A DNA stretch of 63,966 bases, the filler included, from Dicyema japonicum (taxonomy: Eukaryota; Animalia; Dicyemida): assembly GCA_011109175.1 (NCBI GenBank). It is 4 parts of 4 records of this genome, joined end to end, with 100 filler letters (N's around TTAATTAATTAA, not from the genome) between each part and the next. Parts side by side here need not be neighbours in the genome. Positions count along the whole stretch, not along the records: positions 32,814 to 62,282 come from RDEW01000015.1; positions 62,383 to 63,966 come from RDEW01000248.1; 2 more parts are not named here. One strand, given 5' to 3'. Every line of letters begins with the position of its first letter. Position 1 is the first letter of the stretch. The position numbers were made by a program, and so were the translations under genes. Of this stretch, positions 50,667 through 62,639 are shown piece after piece. The notes beneath the pieces are model-generated. The model made no database searches, was not told where the DNA came from, and saw nothing but the letters and a program-made list of their open reading frames with translations.

Positions 50667-52239
50667 CATTTAAAAAATATATTTTTATGGAATATTCCTA
50701 ATAATCGATTTTTTATTGCAAATCGACTGTTAATATCGTTAATTCTTGGACTAAGCTGAATTGGTGCTCTTTAGTCTTTAAGACGCAACATTATAGCATT
50801 TGTTTTGCCTTGGTCCCCTTTACTTGTTGCTTGGACGAAGGTTCCTTTTCGTTTCTTCTGTTCCATATCTTCCCTCATTCTACTTGAGTGGCTTCATGTG
50901 AAACACCTATCTTAGGTAACGCCCAATCTTCTTACGATTACAGAGACAAGTCCTTCTAAGCAGACGAACTTATCCTGACCACAGTTATGGTAACCCCTTC
51001 GAGGAATAACCCAGAAAAGTGGGAAAGAACAAATAACCATTTACACTACCTTATATTGGAGACCTCCTGAGACAGATAGAGCTCATGACTTTAAGTCAAT
51101 TGATAGGAAGGAAAAAAGTGGCAGAGCATAAGTGGAGAACATTCGAGGGAATAGAGCCAATGAATGTTGTTATAGGCATTACATCTTGACCACTAAGCAA
51201 TATGTTGTTAGGAAAAAAAGAGAAGAAAACATATCAAAAAATTTTGACAAGGATTTTTTGTATTGAAGCCCGCGAAATTATAATTGAAATAAAAAATTCC
51301 GAAGATAACGGTGAACTTATCTTGGCGTGATATTTTTTATTAAACACAATAATTTTGTGATCCCAGCCACCAATATCTTCTGAACTCCCTCGAATGTTTC
51401 ACCAGTGACCAACTTCCATCCGGAAAAGCCTTTTTTCGTGTCTGCAGAGGGAATTCTATCGGTGCACTTCTTTATGGTAGAACGGAATTCCTCTACATGA
51501 TCCACCATTTCAATGAATGAGGTTTTCTTGTTTCTTCCATAAACATAAGAAACTCTGACCATTTCTCAGCGCCGTCTCCTCAGAAAGGAGACTGAGAAAG
51601 GAGACTGGTGTCGGTTTGCATGATATTCCTCAATTGAGCTCATACAAGGACCTTCATCACTCCAAGATGGAGGTGACATCTCGTTTCACTTATTCTTTTG
51701 TGAATTGACGAAATGATGACTCGGGAGGCATTGGATACAAAATTTCGAAACGAAAAAGCGCTGAATATATTCGAATCTCTTATGGAACAAAAGAAGAGGA
51801 ACTTGGATAAGTCTACCTAAATTAGTAATAAGAAATTATTAATTCCCGAACGTGTCACAAAAATTAATATTTTTAGTGAATTTCTTCAAATTTGTTTAAT
51901 AACCCCGGATATAACGAAAAAAGGTTAAGTCCGTCATTATGAACCCCTCCAGGGTAATGAAAAAGAGAGAAATTCTTTTTGTATTCCAGTCAGACACTGG
52001 GCGTCTCCTTTGACAAGCAGATCAAATGATGCTTCTTAAAATTTGCAGAAAGTACAGAGCAGAAGGGAATCCTTCAACCAGGTGTGTGGGAATCAACCTG
52101 AAAACTAATCGCGACACGAGCGATAACAATGACCATTATCCTATCTAATTAATCTAGACGGATGAATAATTTAATTTTAATTAATAAATTTTAAAATTAT
52201 CTAAATCAAATAAATATTTTAATTTTTATTGATCAGCCC

Positions 52240-52530
52240 TAGGTAATCATCATGTCCTGGCCATCCAAGATCTTGCGGAAAGGACTTACAATAAGTGTGA
52301 CTGTACACCATTAAGTCTCGAGATCATTATCTCTCGTTGGAGACTTTTTGACACGTCCTGAGGTTGGACCCGATACTTCCCGAATATCGCAATGGAAGAT
52401 TACTACTCCTTCAATGTAAAACGCTTTCGTGGAAGACCGAGAACGAGAACAAAACATGCCATCTGGTGACGACCTGGACACACTGAGGGATCTGGCTAAG
52501 AACAGAAGAGCTGGGAGCAAGCTAACTCTT
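52240..52530 (+). mobile_element. RTE LINE, 3' end
   Basis: SWPSKI, SRWRLF.HVLRL, FRGRPRT, GDDLDTLRDLAKNR. Confidence 0.7.
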
Positions 52531-53509
52531 TCTCCTAATATTTTTTCCTGCACATAAATATTATGGCTTTCGTGAAAGTGCTAATAATAGTAGTCATCAA
52601 GAATTTTTTGCGTACATTTTTTCTAAAAACCAATCTCGTGATTATTTTAGTACTGAACGTGGCACGAGGAAAAAATAATTAATTTATAATTTTCCGGGAG
52701 TGCTTATCAATAATAATATTTTGTTGCAATATACGTCCAATCCACAGGCATAGAAAACCGAATGAAAGTTATTACTGCTCCTTCACAAAATTCGAATCTT
52801 TTTATAAGAAAAAAATTATCTAAAAATTCAAATATATTTTATGTCGTCCTAGAAACCATCAAAATAATATGTCACTCAAAAAATTTTGTTTAAATGTCAA
52901 AATTTGTCGTTAAACTTAATTTTAACATTTTATTAAGGAAAAAAAGTATTCATGGTTAATTATCACTCGATTTGACGTTATATTTTCAAGATGTTTCTAA
53001 GTTTTCAAAAAAGATTATTTTGTTTTGGTGTTATGTGTTCGTTTTAATTATTCAATGGTCCGAACTAACACACTTAAAAAGCTAAAGTGATTTTAAGTTG
53101 TGATGAACGACAACACACCGGTTAACCAAATAGTTAATTGCCGTTACGTATGTCTGTGCACATAAAGTTCTATTATGAATAAAGAACCTTGTCTTTCTTC
53201 TCTTAAAGATGACTGACTCAGGAGACACTAGAAACTCGAAGATCTGAACAAAGGAAGCGTCCGGTGAATGTATGATCTGGGTCGAATCTCTTATGGCCTA
53301 ATCACACGTTAGGATGATAGTTAATATGATTCTATCTATGTCGCTAATGATTTGTGGTTTTTAAAATTTGGTTAAATTAGTCGAACATATTGAGTTGGTG
53401 AACTAAAATATTATTAACCCATTCTGTATAATGAGGATTTTCGCTACACCTCAAACCGCGTAATTGATAAGTTATAAAAATAATTTCGGCGCTAAGAATT
53501 GCTTATATA

Positions 53510-53930
53510 TGTCAGGCCATCCATCGTTTCAAAAGAAAGCACTCATTGGAAAGGCATCCTCGTTTTTTTAATTAAACAGGGTGGATTCGCTAGTTGCTAT
53601 GAAATGTACAGTGTTGACGACGACTCTACGTATGCGGGCAAGATTGTGCGTTTTTCCCAAAAAGACAAATCCAAAAAACTTATAAAGGTAAGCCCTCATC
53701 AGCTGACATTTTAGGTTTATAATGAGATATCCGTACATAAGGATCTAGCTCACGATAACATTGTCAAGTTCTACTCTTCAATCGACTACGATCAGCAAAT
53801 AATCATGATTCTCGAATTGTGTGATTCTAAGGCAAATAATTATGCTAATCGTTTAGACTGCTTCAGATTTGCTCGAAAAAGAAGGTGTCCTCTGTGTGGG
53901 AGATGCCACAGAAATTATGCGACAGTTATG
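53510..53930 (+). pseudogene. Polo-like kinase N-terminal fragment (truncated in this assembly)
   Basis: LIGK|GGFASCYEM, YAGKIV, K|VYNEISVHKDLAHDNIVKFY, LELCDSK|TASDLLEKR; introns 53554-53579 (GC-AG), 53688-53714 (GT-AG), 53832-53856 (GC-AG); breaks at the N at 53931. Confidence 0.7.
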
Positions 53931-54007
53931 NATAGAAAGTCTAACACAACGACGCATCACAAAAATACAATTTAGCGTGTAATGAAAATTTTAAAATGTT
54001 AATTAAT

Positions 54008-54898
54008 TTAACTTACAATTAGATAAAAAATAATTTTCCATAATACTTGAAGAGCGGATTCGAGAAACAGGCGGATTCGAGAATCATCCATAGGAAATTT
54101 CAAATTTTTGATTAAAACAAGCGGATTGGAGAAGCAGCGGATTCGAGAGGTTTCACTGTACTTAGAATATACATCGATAATCGTAAGTAACCGTGCAATT
54201 GATCCGTTCATATCTTTGAACCTATATAATGAAGTATTCTAATCTGATGAACCTTTTTAGGTCAATCAAATCCATTTGAAATCTTTCATTAGGAACTGAG
54301 TAAATGATATGATTCTCTTCATCGCCAATTTTCAAAGGTTTAGAAAACCGACAAATTTCGCCGTTTGCGACGACATTTCTGATCACCGTTCTCTTCACAA
54401 AGAGGAAACGCTCCTGGCAAAGTTGCTCCAGAGTGTTATGCCCGCAATGAGTTATATTGTGGATCTGCCCCAAAAAAATTCCATTTCTTTGATGCTATCA
54501 GAGGAAATGACAAGTTTATGATTTCCATCTGATTCTGTTAAGTATAATCGTCCATTAATAAGAATAAAATTTTGTGCTTTTTTGGAAAGTATATGTTTTT
54601 TTGTCTGGAATATGTAGTTATGGATTCTCCTTGCAATATTTGTACCAAAAGATTGTAATCTTGAGTTGTTTTCACAAACAAGCGTGGCATTGACAACAAA
54701 ATACAACTAACACACGCTTTCAATACTGTATTGTTTTTTGATAATGTTTCGCCGGATACAAAAAATAAAATATTTAATTTTAAAACTTTAAATTTAATAA
54801 ATCAATATATAGAGGTTTAAAACTTTATAAAATGCATATAATTAAACGATTTAGAGAATGTCACGACTAACGCTCGGTCAAGAGAAACGCTCGTGACA
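54008..54898 (-). mobile_element. Ginger/TDD-like integrase element, partial
   Basis: HNITHCG (H2C2 Zn), PNERFQMDLIDL, LLTIIDVYSKY; TGTCACGA-type terminus at 54898; GCGGATTCGAGA subterminal repeats. Confidence 0.65.
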
Positions 54899-54899
54899 T

Positions 54900-56227
54900 A
54901 TTAGACGCCAGTTTAATCGCAAAGCGCCTTGTTTTCTCCAGTTTACTGATTATGCGATTTCTCTCGTCTGTAGGGTACCAACCTTCATGTCCATAGATAA
55001 GGACTGGTTCTACAGTCGCCTTATAGATGAAGATAAAAGTGTCTGGGGAGAGATNTGATCAAGCCGTAGCTTATACGCCAGTTTAATTGCAAAGCGCCTT
55101 GTTTTCTCCAGTTTGGCGATTATGCGATTCCTCTTGTCTGTAGGGTACCAACCTTCATGTCCATAGATAAGGACTGGTTCCACAGTCGTCTTATAGACGA
55201 AGATAAAAGTGTCTGGGGTGAGGTGGTAGCGTGTAAGGCTTCTCAGGATCCCCGAACATTTCCTTCTTCTAGATTCCACGAACTTTAGGAACGAACCATC
55301 AGCCTCGATCGTTACACCAAGGTAGCGTAGATCGTCGGAAGTTCTTAGTCCCATGGTCTCCAGAAGTGGTTCTCTTNNNNNNNNNNNNNNNNNNNNNNNN
55401 NNGAGATGGTAGCGTGTAAGGCTTCTCAGGATCCCCAAACATTTCCTTCTTCTAGATTCCACGAACTTTAGGAACGATCCATCAGCCTCGATCGTTACAC
55501 CAAGGTAGCGTAGGTCGTCGGAAGTTCTTAGTCTCATGGTCTCCAGAAGTGGTTCTCTTCCTTTCCGAGTTTTAGAAATCCACGTGATAGTGGACTTGTC
55601 TCGTGCTAAGGAGAGGGCTTTCTTTGTTGCCCAAAACTCAACCCTCGCTACATATTCCCTCAGCCTTTTCCAAGAGAGATCCTTGGATCGCGACAGATCC
55701 GTAACCAATATGTCGTCCGCATAAATGATTAGTAGAATCTCCGGATTTTCTGGCTTCGGGATGTCGGCAACGTATAAGTTGAAAAGTAGAGGGCTCAGGA
55801 CCGACCCTTGGGGCACTCCCCTCCTTAGACTAATTGTACCCGAGGTCCGGTTTCCACATCTGATGAAAGACTTTCGCATGTGTAGGAAATTCTCCAGCCA
55901 TTTAACAGTCCTTTGCCCCGGATAGATACTGATGATCCTTTCCAGGAGGCCTAGGTGCCAAACGCTGTCGAACGCCTTAGAGATGTCCAGACATACAGCT
56001 GTCATCCCCATCTTGTGTGTAAGACCCCTCGAGATTTGCGTTTCCAGTTGGGCAAAGCAGTTTCCACAGGACTTTCCACGTCGGAAACCCCATTGTTCTT
56101 TAGCCAGGAAACCTGAATCCCTTACGAAAATAGATAGTCTGTTAAAGATTATACGTTCCATGATTCTTGAGATGGAGCAGATGAGACTTATGGGTCGGAA
56201 ATTTTCTGCACGGTCTTTTGGTTTCCC
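54900..56227 (-). mobile_element. LINE (I/Jockey-like) reverse transcriptase, well preserved
   Basis: FRPISLICSISRIMERI, EQWGFRRGKS, CLDISKAFDSVWH, GVPQGSVLSPLLFNLY, IYADDI, RYLGV; the 5' part lies in an N gap. Confidence 0.92.
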
Positions 56228-57188
56228 NNNNNNNNNNNNNNNNNNNNNNNNNNNNNNNNNNNNNNNNNNNNNNNNNNNNNNNNNNNNNNNNNNNNNNNNN
56301 NNNNNNNNNNNNNNNNNNNNNNNNNNNNNNNNNNNNNNNNNNNNNNNNNNNNNNNNNNNNNNNNNNNNNNNNNNNNNNNNNNNNNNNNNNNNNNNNNNNN
56401 NNNNNNNNNNNNNNNNNNNNNNNNNNNNNNNNNNNNNNNNNNNNNNNNNNNNNNNNNNNNNNNNNNNNNNNNNNNNNNNNNNNNNNNNNNNNNNNNNNNN
56501 NNNNNNNNNNNNNNNNNNNNNNNNNNNNNNNNNNNNNNNNNNNNNNNNNNNNNNNNNNNNNNNNNNNNNNNNNNNNNNNNNNNNNNNNNNNNNNNNNNNN
56601 NNNNNNNNNNNNNNNNNNNNNNNNNNNNNNNNNNNNNNNNNNNNNNNNNNNNNNNNNNNNNNNNNNNNNNNNNNNNNNNNNNNNNNNNNNNNNNNNNNNN
56701 NNNNNNNNNNNNNNNNNNNNNNNNNNNNNNNNNNNNNNNNNNNNNNNNNNNNNNNNNNNNNNNNNNNNNNNNNNNNNNNNNNNNNNNNNNNNNNNNNNNN
56801 NNNNNNNNNNNNNNNNNNNNNNNNNNNNNNNNNNNNNNNNNNNNNNNNNNNNNNNNNNNNNNNNNNNNNNNNNNNNNNNNNNNNNNNNNNNNNNNNNNNN
56901 NNNNNNNNNNNNNNNNNNNNNNNNNNNNNNNNNNNNNNNNNNNNNNNNNNNNNNNNNNNNNNNNNNNNNNNNNNNNNNNNNNNNNNNNNNNNNNNNNNNN
57001 NNNNNNNNNNNNNNNNNNNNNNNNNNNNNNNNNNNNNNNNNNNNNNNNNNNNNNNNNNNNNNNNNNNNNNNNNNNNNNNNNNNNNNNNNNNNNNNNNNNN
57101 NNNNNNNNNNNNNNNNNNNNNNNNNNNNNNNNNNNNNNNNNNNNNNNNNNNNNNNNNNNNNNNNNNNNNNNNNNNNNNNNNNNNNNNN

Positions 57189-58255
57189 GCGAGAAAGAAC
57201 GAAACGTATTCAAGGATGTGGTCTATGTCCACCCTATCCGCATCTTTGTGAAAACTCTAACCTTTACAAATATCGGAATTTTTTTAAATCAGAACTAATT
57301 GAGGAAGTTATTAAATTTGAAATTCCCTTCGGACTCATCGGAAGCATTGAATTATCCGAGGACCAGCCAAATGAACCTTCTTTAATCGTAGTGGAGTGCA
57401 AAGATACGGGTGTTTACAAGATTATGTCAGCATCAAAGACTTCTGTGGGAAAGGATATTTACGATCTCCTTACCAAATTCTCATTTCCGCAAGTAGATGA
57501 CACTACCAACCTTTAGGCTTACTATTTGGAGGATAAAAAAGATACGGGTGTTTACAAGATTATGTCAGCATCAAAGATTTCTGTGGGAAAGGATATTTAC
57601 GATCTCCTTACCAAATTCTCATTTCCGCAAGTAGATGACACTACCAACCTTTAGGCTTACTATTTGGAGGATAAATTTTTTTCAAATGGCTGGGAAGTCT
57701 TCAAATTAGCAAAGGAACTATGCCGTTTGGACATTCCCAATGACATTTGGGGTATTTCCCAGATAAACGAATTGTATTAGCTTTTAATATTATTTTAGGT
57801 TTGGCGTATGTGAGCACTACTCATCAATTTTGGTTGTTCCTGTGGAAATTGAAGATGTAAAACATAGACAATCTGCTAAAATCAGATTGAATGGTTGTTT
57901 TCCGACAGTTTACTGGTCAATTTTGGTTGTTCCTGTGGAAATTGAAGATGTAAAACATAGACAATCTGCTAAAATCAGATTGAATGGTTGTTTTCCGACA
58001 GTTTACTGGCTAAATCCGCGGAATTAATCGGTAATAACATAGTTTAAAGCAATTATAAACTTTTATGTGAAGTCAGCCTCTCGTTGGAGTTAGTGAACAT
58101 AGATCATCCGAAGATGATAGGTTAATACAAGCCATACTAGATGCAAACACGCAGTCCCACTATTTACAGATTTTCGATTGAAACTCAAAAAATACTGCAG
58201 CTGCACAGAGAACGAAAGGAGGTGGCGTTGAGTCGATTAATAACTACTGCCAGGT
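57189..58255 (+). pseudogene. Myotubularin (MTMR2/MTM1-like) fragment with a premature stop
   Basis: IPFGLIGSIE (PH-GRAM), [64 protein letters not shown]; TGA at 58179-58181; no catalytic CX5R region seen. Confidence 0.8.
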
Positions 58256-58589
58256 AAAAATATATGCTTAGAAAAGTACCATAATTTCTTCCAACATATT
58301 TTTTGTGAATATCTCCTTGGCATCGAAAAATTATATAAAGTAGTTGTCGACTTTAAGTCGTTGTATAACAAGATATAATTTTTCCGAATCAAATTTTTAC
58401 TAGCTATTCATAATTCACAAAAAATAAATTGTGCGAGTTTAGGTTCATTTTTCGAATTTAAAATAATTTATTTTTAACAAAATAATTTTAAAAAAATTCA
58501 TAATTACAAAAAATAAATTGTGCGAGTTTAGGTTCATTTTTCGAATTTAAAATAATTTATTTTTAACAAAATAATTTTAAAAAAATAAC

Positions 58590-58690
58590 ATACTCCGAGG
58601 GAACTCGTTTGCAATCCATGCAGCAGGCTTCCTCAACTGACATTTGTTAAATTGTTAAAAAAAAATTTTTTATTAAAAAAAATAACTAAA
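58590..58690 (+). mobile_element. CRE LINE extreme 3' end (same family as 49370-49640)
   Basis: ILRGNSFAIHAAGFLN* plus the shared TGACATTTGTT.AATTGTT 3' UTR. Confidence 0.7.
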
Positions 58691-59576
58691 ATTTTATTTG
58701 ATAAACAAATTGTTTGTAGGTTCCGGGCTTCATCACTCTATGCGGATCGGAGTCCGTTCGCATCCACTAAAAAGCCTCGGGTACACGTAAATTGAGAAAA
58801 AAGCCCACGCCTCTCCAAATTCTCACGAAAGAGGATCGTCATGGATTCAGAAAAGCTGTGGGTACTATGAAGGATCATGTCAAAAAGCTCTCAACCATGT
58901 TGAGGTCTACCGGGATCACTTAATTAGATGGTTTAACTCCTTTTTTTTTGGTGTTCCCTTTTAGGGTTATATAATAATTATAGCATGAGGGCAATGATTT
59001 GGAAGAGCCATTGAGTCATTCTGGGTTCACTCTTCCGTGTTCCTGGACTTTGGCCGATTGTTTTGAGGAGCTTTATACTGCTGTAGATGGTTTAACTCCT
59101 TCTTTTTTGGTGTTCCCTTTTAGGGTTATATAATAATTATAGCATGAGGGCAATGATTTGGAAGAGCCATTGAGTCATTTTGGGTTCACTCTTCCGTATT
59201 CCTGGACTTTGGCCGATTGTTTTGAGGAGCTTTATACTGCTGGGGGCCAATAATTGCATACGTCTCAACAAAAATTGGTAACAAATATCCTGGCTTTCAG
59301 GTTCTTCAATTATCCTTTAATTATCTGTTCTTTCTTTGAAGAAGTGTAATATTTCGATTACTTAATCCTCCGTATAAGAAAAACACACCAAGACCAAGAA
59401 ATCGAGATTGTTCTTAGTTTCCTCTTATCTAGTCGTGTTTGAATCCATAAAAACAATCTGTTGCAATTGAATAATTTACTTATGACAAGTCACTCGTCAA
59501 TCCAAAATTTAAATCCGTGGCAATACGTCGGGAATTCTAGGACCCAAATCATTTTTAAATTTGATTTCGATTTTTT

Positions 59577-59633
59577 GTTATTTTTCTCGGAAGATTGTAA
59601 AACGAAGAAATTAGACAGCCACTTTTTGTCCCC
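59577..59633. mobile_element. Kolobok-like transposon right terminus
   Basis: ...GACAGCCACTTTTTGTCCCC|TTGA; inverted match to 60440-60498. Confidence 0.5.
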
Positions 59634-59932
59634 TTGAGGACATCAGACCATTGATAGCAAAATAGTGGGGGGTAGGCCAAAAAGGGGATAAATCACTGCG
59701 AAACCGGATCGTCTCCGAGACTCACATAAAAGCAAAAAAGAAAAAAGTTAAGAACACTCTATGCCTAAACCTCATTTTTCGATTTACTAACTGTTTTTCT
59801 TAAATAAATTGTTTTTTTGCCTAAGTGGGAGGTTTAAGTAATAGAACCATCACTCCTCTGCGAAAAGACTGATTCGATTGATATTGATTTGGAGTAAATT
59901 TCGAATAAGTTATTTGTCGCTTAGCAACTTTA

Positions 59933-60435
59933 ATGGATAAATTTACTACGAAGCATCTAGACAAAATTTGGTCAAATTTAGACGAAATGGCAAAAAATGA
60001 TCCACAAAGTTATAAAAAATTGATTAACAGTCACCTTGAAGAGTTCCAAAATCTGACTAAACCTTTGAACTATTTTCAACTATTACTGTCATTGATTCAG
60101 TATTTATGATTTTTCGATATTGCCAGAAATCAAAATCTAGCATAATTCTAAATATCTGTACCGATTCCCGAGTACCGGCTGCTAAATCACAGACAGATCC
60201 CTTGCTGATGGCAGCTAAAGAATTCAAAGATTTCGTGTCAATCAATAAGCGTAATAATTTATTTTACTTCAAGAGAAAATATTTATTCTTTTTATCAATG
60301 ATGAGACTTTCAAACCTTGAATATTCAGGTTTTATTGAGTGAATTTTACTTACTTTCTCTTAACTTTTTGAACGACCTTCACAACACAGAAATCGATTCT
60401 TCAAAGGAGAATCCAATTGAGTGTATGAATGAATT
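59933..60435 (+). CDS. PIH1D2: PIH1 domain protein 2, 5' portion (interrupted)
   Basis: KIWSNLDEMAKNDPQSYKKLINSHL and IILNICTDSRVPA match the PIH1D2 FWNLLDDLAQSDPEGYEKFI / FINLCQW.RIPAP pattern. Confidence 0.7.
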
Positions 60436-60439
60436 TTAA

Positions 60440-60498
60440 GGGGACAAAAAGTGGCTGTCTAATTTCTTCGTTTCACAATCTCTCGAGAAAATTAACCA
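60440..60498. mobile_element. Kolobok-like transposon left terminus
   Basis: TTAA|GGGGACAAAAAGTGGCTGTCTAATTTCTTCG; TTAA target and purine-starting TIR. Confidence 0.55.
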
Positions 60499-60779
60499 CT
60501 TATCGTTCCGAGATCTACTGAAGAAACTATTGAGTTTCACGGAGGTCATGCATGATTCTGAGTGTAGCCAGAAGTTACATATTTTTGAAAATTCCTATTT
60601 ACACCTCTATTTGTTTCAACGATAAGAGCATGGACGTGAACTGGTCCAGGAGCCCTTTGTATTTCATAATTCAAACTGAAATTCGCATTCATTTTCACTC
60701 AAGGAATTTCGATTAATTAATGGGTTTTATTTTATTGAAAGATGGCAATTTTGAGTTTATATACAAAAAACTAACAATC

Positions 60780-60880
60780 TAAAGAATCACCAAGGATCTG
60801 CGTGAGACTAGCTGACTTCGAGAGCGTATCTTGATAGCTATTGACAGAGGAAACAACCTGGCTATTCAGGATCCCTAAAT
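60780..60880 (+). mobile_element. CRE LINE 3' end (same family as 36600-36780)
   Basis: TKDLRETS.LRERILIAIDRGNNLAIQDP. Confidence 0.6.
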
Positions 60881-62282
60881 AATTTTTGATATAATTATTT
60901 TATTAATAAATAATCTGATTAGAACGAATTTGTCGAAAATTTTTTTAATCATCATACTTAGCACGAACGAACACACATTATTATCAACATACCTGGAATC
61001 GGTCTAATATACGCGTAACTTCTGACAAGTGATCTATAAGGTTCTTCCAATTTTTGGCTGGATGAGATTTTAACCTTGATCTACGTGCCATCCAAAGTCT
61101 GTGCGTCTCCATTGTTCCAATTGCCGAACGGAATGTTGTCTGATGAGCAACACATGATGATATTAGACATGATTTTACTATTATCTGTCAATAATTAATT
61201 ATTTATGTCTGATATTAATAATATTGATAAGATATTTCGCATTTTAAAGCTTTTCGTATTTCTTATAGGCATATGAACTTATTAGCCATGTGACTAGACA
61301 GTATAGTGGTTAGCGCTCGACTCACGATTACTTGTAGATTCAAGTTCCGCACTGCTATCTACCTGGTCGAAAGATTCCGTTCTGTTTGGTAAATTCATCT
61401 AATAAGAGGCATCAGTGATCTAAAGGAGAAAGTGGACATAAAATGAAGCTTGAATATAAACATGTGAGATTAAGAACCCATCCATTATAAGACATATCGG
61501 ATGATAATGTGCTAATAATTAAAATCGAATATATTCTCGGAATGTTTGGAATATTTGAATATTTTTGTTCACTGTGTGTTTTATTTAGAACACAAGCACA
61601 TACAAGTGATACCATATGGTAATATACCGCAACAAGGAAGCACGTTTTTTCTGGAACGACCTATCTTAGAATCGCGTTTTTATGTCTTTAGTTCTTCTTA
61701 CATACAAGCGAAGCTGGGTTANGCTAATAATTAAAATCGAATATATTCTCGGAATGTTTAGAATATTTGAATATTTTTGTTCACTGTGTGTTTTATTTAT
61801 AACACAAGCACATACAAGTGATACCATATGGAAATACACCGCAACAAGGAAGCACGTTTTTTCTGGAACGACCTATCTTAGAATCGCGTTTTTATGTCTT
61901 AAGTTCTTCTTACATACAAGCGAAGCTGGGTTAATAATTTAATCCAAAAAAGCTTGTTTATATATTTTTATTTCTAAGTAAAACAGAAAGACCTGATTAT
62001 TTTCAAAATTGCTTCATTTTATCAAAATCACATGGCCTTATATAGTATTCAATACAAAATTAAAAAAATTAAGATTTTTTTGAATCAGAACTCAGAAATT
62101 AAAATAACCCGTTAAAATTTTTTATTTCCTTTGTTAATATTTTTGTTTCTTAATATGGAAATTTTATTCAATTTAAACAAAAACTTGAATTTATTCGTTA
62201 ATTTATGGAAAGTTTTATAAAATACTTTATTTTGTTGGCATTTATATTCCACATAGTGAAATTCTCATCAGAAAAAGAATAC

Positions 62283-62382
62283 NNNNNNNNNNNNNNNNNN
62301 NNNNNNNNNNNNNNNNNNNNNNNNNNTTAATTAATTAANNNNNNNNNNNNNNNNNNNNNNNNNNNNNNNNNNNNNNNNNNNN
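62283..62382. other. Artificial scaffold-joining linker
   Basis: N run + TTAATTAATTAA + N run. Confidence 0.97.
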
Positions 62383-62639
62383 GGAGATTATCACATGTGG
62401 ACATTGTGATGGAATATAAATTCCCACCATGTAGAGACATGACGTGTCTATTATAAATTCAATTTGTTTAATCAGTTAAATCTGTTTCCATTCGAACTCG
62501 TTCATCCAAACTTTCTTTAGCCTATGTCGTGACATGTCAATCGCAAGATGACTTTGTAACGATTTTCCGGCTGATTTTTAAAGTTTAGAATTTTTGTCTT
62601 TTAATTGATCTAATTTCTATTCAGATTGATAGAATTGTT

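Noticed and set aside
55010-57516. Long ORFs of 340-740 aa in the ORF track (also 21201, 24001, 27254)
   Set aside because: Their length comes from N runs translated as X; only the RT portion is real.
61288-61352. tRNA-like TAGTGGTTAGCGC...TTCAAGTTCC segment
   Set aside because: A-box-like only; no cloverleaf can be drawn. At best a decayed tRNA or SINE head.
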